64,000 nucleotides of DNA, taken from assembly GCA_963780225.1 (NCBI GenBank), contig CAWAAX010000011.1, forward strand, positions 32,001 to 96,000, read 5' to 3'. Shown here one piece after another: positions 57,622-64,000 of the stretch. The position numbers and the translations under genes were made by a program. Under the pieces are notes generated by a model. It was given only the letters and a program-made list of their open reading frames with translations. It was not told the DNA's origin and searched no databases. Source of the stretch: an uncultured bacterium (GTDB lineage Bacteria; Edwardsbacteria; AC1; EtOH8). Position 1 is the stretch's first letter; every line of letters begins with the position of its first letter.

Positions 57622-57851
57622 ATGTTCTTTTTCTTTTTTGTGCCGCCAACTAAGAAAAAGAACCAAAAAGAAAAAAGCTCGTCGCTTAAAACTCTCCTGG
57701 CCACGCTTACGCTAAAGCTTCAGCGGGCCCGCGCTGCGCTTCTCGTTGCTGGCGGGCTTGTCTGAACTCGGGCTTTAGCCAAGCCCTCAAACACGCCAGA
57801 CAAGCTTTTTCCGCCATCAACTGCGATGCTCACTGATCGTTTTAACGCGAC
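57622..57851 (-). repeat. Dispersed ~200-bp non-coding repeat, copy 2, with a ~31-bp insertion
   Basis: Reverse complement of 17788-17985 plus an insert at about 57698-57728. Confidence 0.93.
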
Positions 57852-57919
57852 ATACCGAGGTTGGCACCGGGTATTTAAACAGTTTCCTGAGCTAATTTGA
57901 TAGACATTTAATATTGTTT

Positions 57920-58546
57920 CTATGGCGTTGTATACCTAAACACCTCCCCAAACATGAAATACAGCGCACCGGCCAGATCCTCCCTGCTTTGGCGCTCCCC
58001 CCTTTTACGCAAATAATCGTTGATTATCTCACCCCGGTCGTTCTTGTAGTCATAGGGATGCCGCAGGTTCATCTTGATCCGGCCCACCCGGCCCGACCCG
58101 TAATGCAGGATGACAACCGTTCCGTCCTCCTGCACCTCCTCCACCAGTCCCACGTGGGTGATCTTGTCGTAGCTGTTCTCCAGCGTGTTCTTGAAAAACA
58201 CCACGTCGGCCGGCTGAGGGGGCATGTCTCCGTAGACCAAGTTCCGGTCGTTCAGGGTCAGGTACAGCGACTCAGAAAGGGGACGGCCAGGGCGGACATA
58301 GCTGTATTTGATCTTCCGGCCCATCACGGCATAAACGCCGTTTACATATCCCGAGCAATCATTCTTGAATCGGCCGTCCATCTCGCTCAATCGCTTCACG
58401 CCGATAAGACTTTTGGCATAATTGACCAAAGCCAGCCGGGCCTGCATTTCCTCGCCGGCCAGGCCCTTTCTCTGGACATAGGCCGGAGAGCAGGACACAC
58501 ACAGCGCCGCGGTCAAGAGCATCAAACTATGCCGCCAGTATCTCAT
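57920..58546 (-). CDS. NlpC/P60-CHAP family lipoprotein (cell-wall peptidase)
   Basis: Lipobox-like LCVSC; DCSGYV, P.PADVVFF.NT, THVGLV. Confidence 0.8.
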   Translation of the reverse strand: MRYWRHSLMLLTAALCVSCSPAYVQRKGLAGEEMQARLALVNYAKSLIGVKRLSEMDGRFKNDCSGYVNGVYAVMGRKIKYSYVRPGRPLSESLYLTLNDRNLVYGDMPPQPADVVFFKNTLENSYDKITHVGLVEEVQEDGTVVILHYGSGRVGRIKMNLRHPYDYKNDRGEIINDYLRKRGERQSREDLAGALYFMFGEVFRYTTP

Positions 58547-59450
58547 GCCTTCCTCCCGTAAGGAACATATTTCTTGAACCAATGGAAGCCGAACTTCTCC
58601 ATCATTTTCAGATACCCGTCATTGCCTTCCGGCATGTAGTCTGCGTAGTAGTGCAGGCCGAAGTAGCGCTGGGCCGGGTTGATGTATCCCTGTTTTTGGA
58701 TCCTGGTCAGGGCCCTTTTGACCAGGGCCGGGCCGCCGGTCTTGAGACAGACCCTCTCCATGGATTTGAGCCTTTCCGGGGTGATGGCCACCTTCATCCC
58801 GGGATATTTATCCTCGAAGGCCTTGACCAATTCCCGGCCGCTCAAATCCCGGTATCTTTCGGAATGAACCATGACCTTTACCGGGAGTTTTTTGCGGGGC
58901 ACCGGTTTTGCCTTGGGATATCCCAGACAAAGCAATACCACCGGGAAGACCCCCTGGGGCAGTTTGAACATTTTTTTGAGCGCCGGAAAGAACTCCAGCA
59001 CCGTCCCAATGTAGCAGCATCCCAGGCCCAGGGCGTCAGCCGCAGTGCAGATATTCTGGGCGCTGATGATGGTGTCCTGAAACGAGATCCAGAAATGGCG
59101 GAAGGAACTGGCGGCGGTGAAGGGCGCATCGGACAGCTTTGACCAGCGCTCCAGCCTGCGCCAGTCTATGCAGAACAGAAGATTGACCGGGGCCTGGCCC
59201 ACAAAAGGCTGCCCGCAGAGCTTGGCCAGTTTGGCGTTGGTCGTCTTGTTCTCTATTTTGACAATGGAATATGGCTGCAGGTTCCCCCCGGTGGGTGCGT
59301 GGATGCCGGCCTTGAGCACCTGTTCAAGTATTCCGGCCGGTATTTTTTTATCCAAATAGCTGCGGCAGCTTCCCCGCTCCAGAAGCAGTCTGATGGTGGG
59401 GTTGGTGTACCTGGATGAGGCTTGCTCCTTTACTCCGTGATGCGACTGCA
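58543..59450 (-). CDS. Nitroreductase (NfsA/Frp-like)
   Basis: RGSCRSY, APTGGNLQPYS, AQN...AA.ALGLG.CYIG, LCLGYP. Confidence 0.88.
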
Positions 59451-59679
59451 TTTTATTACTGCTCCTTGCTTTCAATGGGTTTATCCGGTTCCGTCATCAT
59501 TCGTTTATATTTAAAGTCAAATGTCTGGTCATATAATTCCTGCAACGGGGACATTCCCCGGGCATAACAATCTTTATTGCCGGTGATATCGTAGATCGCT
59601 TAATACTCTACAAAACAATTTATAGACATTGCTCGGTATAAGCTCATTCCCAAGATGTTTACCGGTCTGTTTTGAGCTG

Positions 59680-60108
59680 TCAATCTTCGGTATTCCTAAC
59701 TTTTCCCCGCAGTGATTTGGTGCTGCCTTGTTTCTTCTTTTCATCCATCCGTCTGGCCCGGGAAGCTTTACTGGGCTTAGTCTTGCGGCGAATCTTGGGT
59801 CTAACGGCCGCCAGCCGTAGGATCTCCGCCAGCCGCTCTCTGGCTTCCAGACGGTTGGCCTCGCGGGTCCGGTGGTTGCGGGCGTCGATGACCAGAAAAC
59901 CATCCAGGTTGATCCGGTTCCGGTAAAGGGAAAACAGCCGCTGCTTCACTTCCGCCGTCAGTGAAAGGCTGCCGGCCGCATTGAACTTCAGCTTGACCGC
60001 GGTGGCCACCTTGTTGACGTTCTGGCCGCCCGGCCCCGAAGCCCGGATGAATTCCTCGGCCAGCTCGTCCTCGGATATCATTATGTTCTGGTTGACCGTT
60101 AACGCCAT
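59680..60108 (-). CDS. arfB: Alternative ribosome rescue peptidyl-tRNA hydrolase ArfB
   Basis: RASGPGGQNVNKV, basic tail RRKTKPSKAS..RR..EKK....K.LR. Confidence 0.93.
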   Translation of the reverse strand: MALTVNQNIMISEDELAEEFIRASGPGGQNVNKVATAVKLKFNAAGSLSLTAEVKQRLFSLYRNRINLDGFLVIDARNHRTREANRLEARERLAEILRLAAVRPKIRRKTKPSKASRARRMDEKKKQGSTKSLRGKVRNTED

Positions 60109-60180
60109 TTGGCAGCACGCTCTTCAATCATTATTTGTCTTTTGGCAAGCTAATCCCCTGGGAAGGCCAGGAAACGGATG

Positions 60181-60276
60181 TTATTTCTCTTTTAACACCA
60201 GGGCGAAACTATAAACCGTCAAGAATATTATCAGCCCCCAGGAGAAGATCATGAACAATATTCCCCATGCGTTCAT
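60181..60276 (-). CDS. 31-aa single-TM protein, probable small subunit of the NSS transporter (below the ORF-track cut-off)
   Basis: Manual translation MNAWGILFMIFSWGLIIFLTVYSFALVLKEK*; AGGAGG RBS; immediately after the transporter. Confidence 0.75.
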   Translation of the reverse strand: MNAWGILFMIFSWGLIIFLTVYSFALVLKEK

Positions 60277-60311
60277 TTTATGCTCCCTCCTTGTTATGAT
60301 ATTTCGAGTAT

Positions 60312-61874
60312 TTATGTATTATTTTGTCCTTTGCCCTTGCGCTTCCAGGCCCAGGCCACCAGAGCCATTATCACCGCCCACAAACCGAACACCAGCCCCC
60401 GGGCGGCCCACTGGTACGGCTGGTCGGCCGGGGCCACCCCCTTCATAGCGATGAACGGCCAGAACTGCTGATAGGACCAGACCCCCAGCAGGATCAGCAG
60501 ATAGGCCGGGGTCACGTATTTGATGATGGGTTTGTAAATCGCGGGGATCCTCATCTGGGAGCCCTGATGCATCTCCTTCCATCCTTTTTCTATCCCGAAT
60601 ACCCAGGAAAACAAGATGATCTCGATGGTGGCGAACACCACCAGGAACAGGGTGCCGCCCCAGAAATCCAGCTCGTCCACGAAGCCGTGGCCCAGGAAGA
60701 AGATGGCGGGCAGGCAGGCCGCCAACGAGACGGCTCCCAGCACCAGCACCGACCTTTTCCGGTTCCATTTCAGCTCGTCCTCCAGGAACGAGATGGCCGG
60801 CTGGATCAGGGAGACCGAGGAGGTGATGCCGGCTATGAACAGCAGCAGGAACCACAGGCCGGAGAAGATGAAGCCCAGGGGAATTTTCCCGAAGATCATG
60901 GGCATGGTCACAAAGCCCAGGTTGAAGGTGCCGCTTTGGGCGGCCGTTAAAGCCCCCGAGGCCCCGCCCAGAAAGATGAAGGCCGCCGGGATCACTATGG
61001 AGCCTCCCAGGATCACTTCGCAAAACTCGTTGGTGGCCGAAGCGCTCAGCCCCGAGAGGACCACGTCGTCGTTCTTTTTAAGATAGCTGGCATAGGTCAG
61101 GATCACTCCGATCCCCACCGAAAGGGTGAAGAATATCTGGCCGGCGGCTTCTATCCAGACCCTGGCATTGGAGAGTTGGGAGAAGTCCGGGTTCCAGACA
61201 AAGCCCAGGGCGTTCTTCACCGAAAGTTCCGGCAACGCCGGGTCCGGAGTCCCCAGTGACAGCACCCGGATGGCCAGCAGGATCCCTATAGCTATCAGCA
61301 CCGGCATTCCGTACTTGGAAAGTTTTTCTATTCCCCCCTGGATCCCCTTATAGATAAAGTAGAAATTGAATAAAAAGGTAATGGCAAAGAATGCCAGGGC
61401 CGGGGCCAGTGACGAGAAATACTGGTTCTGAGCCAGGCCCTGAAAACCCGACAGGAAGGCCTTCATCTCGGCCTGGCCGGCCCCGAACGGCAGGTGCCCG
61501 GTGAAGGAATACCAGGCATAGGCCAGGGTCCAGGATTCGATGTACATATAATAGATCAGGATGACGAATGGTCCCAGCACCCCGATGGTCCCCAGGTATT
61601 TGGCCCAGCGCCCGGTCCCGTCCAGCTTGTCAAACATGCCGGGAGCGGTCCCGTGGCCGCGTTCGCCTCCCATCCGGCCCAGGGTCCATTCCACCCACAT
61701 CAGGGGGATTCCCAAAAGCAGAAAGGCAACAAAATAGGGGATCATAAAGGCCCCGCCGCCGTTGAGCACCGCCTTGGCCGGGAAACGTAAGAAGTTCCCC
61801 AGCCCCACCGCGCTTCCGGCCACAGCCAGAATGACCCCCAGCTTGGAGCCCCATTGTTCGCGTTTCTCAGACAT
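60312..61874 (-). CDS. Sodium-dependent transporter, NSS/SNF (LeuT-like) family
   Basis: REQWGSK, GSAVGLGNFLRFP, NGGGAFMIPY, AAGQIFFTLSVG, AGITSS. Confidence 0.94.
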   Translation of the reverse strand: MSEKREQWGSKLGVILAVAGSAVGLGNFLRFPAKAVLNGGGAFMIPYFVAFLLLGIPLMWVEWTLGRMGGERGHGTAPGMFDKLDGTGRWAKYLGTIGVLGPFVILIYYMYIESWTLAYAWYSFTGHLPFGAGQAEMKAFLSGFQGLAQNQYFSSLAPALAFFAITFLFNFYFIYKGIQGGIEKLSKYGMPVLIAIGILLAIRVLSLGTPDPALPELSVKNALGFVWNPDFSQLSNARVWIEAAGQIFFTLSVGIGVILTYASYLKKNDDVVLSGLSASATNEFCEVILGGSIVIPAAFIFLGGASGALTAAQSGTFNLGFVTMPMIFGKIPLGFIFSGLWFLLLFIAGITSSVSLIQPAISFLEDELKWNRKRSVLVLGAVSLAACLPAIFFLGHGFVDELDFWGGTLFLVVFATIEIILFSWVFGIEKGWKEMHQGSQMRIPAIYKPIIKYVTPAYLLILLGVWSYQQFWPFIAMKGVAPADQPYQWAARGLVFGLWAVIMALVAWAWKRKGKGQNNT

Positions 61875-61972
61875 ACCCTCTCCTCTTAAACGCTTGAATA
61901 TTGAATTTAGGAGTCTGAATACAGAACAACCATTCTGTATTCAGACTACAATCTTCTGTATTCCGGGTCAGA

Positions 61973-63178
61973 TCACATATTCTTCTTGATCATGGTGGCC
62001 AGCCTCAGGATCCCTTCCTCGATCTGGGCCTCGGTGGGATAGGAGAAATTCATCCGCATGGCATTCTGGCCCTTGCCGTCGCAATGGAAGGCGGTGCCCA
62101 CCACGTAGGCCACCTTCTCTTCTATGGCCTTGGGGAAAAGCTCGTTGGCGCTCATATTCTTGGGAAGCTTGATCCACAGGAACAGCCCGCCCTCGGGCTT
62201 GGTCCACTTAACCCCTTTGGGCATGTGTTTTTTAAGGGCCTTCAGCATCACCTGGCGCTTCTGGCCGTAGAGGATCTTGATCCGCTCGATCTGGGGCTGC
62301 AGCAGGCCCTGCTTCATGTATTCGGCGGTGATCAGCTGGTTGAAGGAGGGGCTGCAAAGGTCCATGCTCTGCTTGGCCACTATCATCCGGTCCATCCACT
62401 CGGCCGGAGCGGTGATCCAGGCCAGGCGCAGGCCGGGACAGAAGATCTTGGAGAAGGTCCCCAGCACTATCACCTGGTTTTGGGTGTCCAGGCTGTAGAT
62501 GGGCGGCACCGGCTCCCCGGTAAAGCGCAGGTCACGGTAGGGGCTGTCTTCCACGATCGGAATTTCATACTTGTAGGCCAGCTCCAGCAGTTTCTTCCGG
62601 CGCTCCAGGCTCATGGTAATCCCGGACGGGTTCTGGAAATCCGGCACCACGTAGATGAACTTCGGCTTCTTGTTCTTCTTGGCCATGGCGACCAGCACCT
62701 TTTCCAGCTTGTCCATCCGCATCCCTTCATCATCCTGGGGCACGCCCACCATCTTGGCCCGGTAGGCGGTGAAGGCCTGCAGCCCGCCCACGTAGCTGGG
62801 AAGCTCCACGATCACGGTGTCGCCGGGATCCAAAAACACCTTGGACACTATGTCCAGCCCCTGCTGGGAACCGGAGGTAATGAAGATGTTCTCCGGCTTG
62901 ATGCCCGGCTTTTCCTGGGACATCCACTTGGCCAGCTCCTCGCGCAGGGGAGCCTCGCCCTCGGTGGTGCCGTACTGAAGGGCCATGGCTCCCTTTTCCC
63001 GCAGGAGCCGGCAGGAGATCTCCTCAATCTCCTGAACCGGGAAAGTGTCGGGGGCCGGCAGGCCGCCGGCAAAACTGATGATGCCGGGCTGGCGGGTGAA
63101 CTTCAAGAGCTCGCGGATCTCGGAACGCTTCATGTTGAGGGCGTTCTTGGAATAGAAGGCGGATAGATCTTTGATCAT
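61973..63178 (-). CDS. PLP-dependent class I aminotransferase (LysN/2-aminoadipate-like)
   Basis: SEIRE, ISFAGGLP, TSGSQQ, FQNPSG, EDSPY, TFSK...PGLR. Confidence 0.92.
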   Translation of the reverse strand: MIKDLSAFYSKNALNMKRSEIRELLKFTRQPGIISFAGGLPAPDTFPVQEIEEISCRLLREKGAMALQYGTTEGEAPLREELAKWMSQEKPGIKPENIFITSGSQQGLDIVSKVFLDPGDTVIVELPSYVGGLQAFTAYRAKMVGVPQDDEGMRMDKLEKVLVAMAKKNKKPKFIYVVPDFQNPSGITMSLERRKKLLELAYKYEIPIVEDSPYRDLRFTGEPVPPIYSLDTQNQVIVLGTFSKIFCPGLRLAWITAPAEWMDRMIVAKQSMDLCSPSFNQLITAEYMKQGLLQPQIERIKILYGQKRQVMLKALKKHMPKGVKWTKPEGGLFLWIKLPKNMSANELFPKAIEEKVAYVVGTAFHCDGKGQNAMRMNFSYPTEAQIEEGILRLATMIKKNM

Positions 63179-63281
63179 GGGTGGTGGCTCCGATATTTTA
63201 TATTGATTGATTTGTTTATCGCTTTGTCACCGCTCTAATAACCTGATTGTTCTTTTCCACAAGTCCCGGGCAATTACAAAT

Positions 63282-63695
63282 TTATGTCTTAATGCTTCTT
63301 TGCTCCAGGCCGGTCTCTTTGGCCATCATTTCAAAATGCCGGTCGGCGTGCAGCAGCAGACAGCGGTGCTTTATGGCCAGGCGGGCAATGATCAGGTCGG
63401 ACGTTGGTATCTTGAGGCCGGCCCTTATCAGGCGATGGCCCAATTGGGCAACCATCTTCCATTCCTCCTCCGGGAACGGCAGATAATGCAAGGAGCCCAG
63501 TTCGCTGGAGAGATCTTGATACTCTCCTTCGTTTCGGGCTCCCTGTAAAAGTTCTGCCATGATCATTCCGGCGGTGGCAGCCCGGTCATGATCCAGCAGT
63601 TTCCCTACCAATACTTGGGCCTTAGGCGAACCCTTGGGCCTCAAGGCCAGGATCCAGGCCGAACTGTCTATCAGGACCAATCCGCTACCGGGCAT
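63282..63695 (-). CDS. vapC: PIN domain toxin (VapC)
   Basis: LIDSSAWI, ELLQGA, SDLIIA, HADRHF. Confidence 0.9.
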   Translation of the reverse strand: MPGSGLVLIDSSAWILALRPKGSPKAQVLVGKLLDHDRAATAGMIMAELLQGARNEGEYQDLSSELGSLHYLPFPEEEWKMVAQLGHRLIRAGLKIPTSDLIIARLAIKHRCLLLHADRHFEMMAKETGLEQRSIKT

Positions 63696-63888
63696 TTCTG
63701 GAGGCCTCCAGCTTGCTCAGGGTGAGGTTCAATCCGGTCCGTCCCAGGCGCTGCTTAAGGCTGATCATCCTTTTCTGACGCACCAGTTCCTCCAGGGAAA
63801 GGTTTAACACCTGCCGCTTGGTCTTGGCGCCGGTCAGCCGGAAAGCTTCCTTTAACAAATGCTCGTCCAATTCAACTAATGTTTTCAT
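63685..63888 (-). CDS. vapB: VapB antitoxin
   Basis: MKTLVELDEHLLKEA..LTG.KTKR.V.N.SL.ELV; overlaps the vapC start. Confidence 0.88.
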   Translation of the reverse strand: MKTLVELDEHLLKEAFRLTGAKTKRQVLNLSLEELVRQKRMISLKQRLGRTGLNLTLSKLEASRNAR

Positions 63889-64000
63889 ATGTATCTCCTA
63901 TATATATAAATATAAGACTATTATATATATAAGTCAAGCAAAAACTTTCTTTATTTTTATCTGATCCCCGGCAATGGCCCGCTTCAGTTCGCTCAGGCTG

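Noticed and set aside
59456..59557. Short minus-strand ORF MSPLQELYDQTFDFKYKRMMTEPDKPIESKEQ between arfB and the nitroreductase
   Set aside because: No convincing RBS or homology; possibly a gene remnant but unsupported.
63945..64000. 3' end of a minus-strand gene at the window edge
   Set aside because: Too short to fix the frame or product.

Overview
A 64-kb, mostly GC-rich chromosomal segment of a diderm, probably anaerobic bacterium (lpxK, heptose adenylyltransferase, Fe-S proteins). The lineage cannot be determined from sequence alone. Housekeeping genes dominate: dnaK (partial), grpE, proS, metG, a PSP1/RicT-like gene, holB, two pilT-family ATPases, hemW, dacB, nadA, lpxK, tkt, arfB, tRNA-Leu(CAA) and tRNA-Ala(GGC). 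Other modules are an ECF sigma/anti-sigma/Ig-like locus, a sigma54 activator with an apparent enhancer-promoter next to it, an OPX/Wzc pair preceded by two paralogous outer-membrane proteins, an NSS transporter with an unannotated 31-aa partner, a VapBC pair and an AT-rich restriction endonuclease-like insert. No transposase, integrase, CRISPR array or rRNA was seen. The most unusual signals are four. (1) A pervasive set of 15-80 bp palindromic micro-elements that nest inside other repeats and interrupt the TTC^GA T-loop of duplicated 3' ends at both tRNA loci. (2) An in-frame 846-bp tandem duplication inside holB whose copies differ mainly at synonymous sites. (3) A shared Ig-like domain on the anti-sigma factor and the neighbouring outer-membrane protein. 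(4) Heptamer micro-repeats lying in frame within metG and lpxK. Three single-base insertions in two otherwise intact genes suggest possible consensus errors, so the holB duplication may be an assembly artefact.
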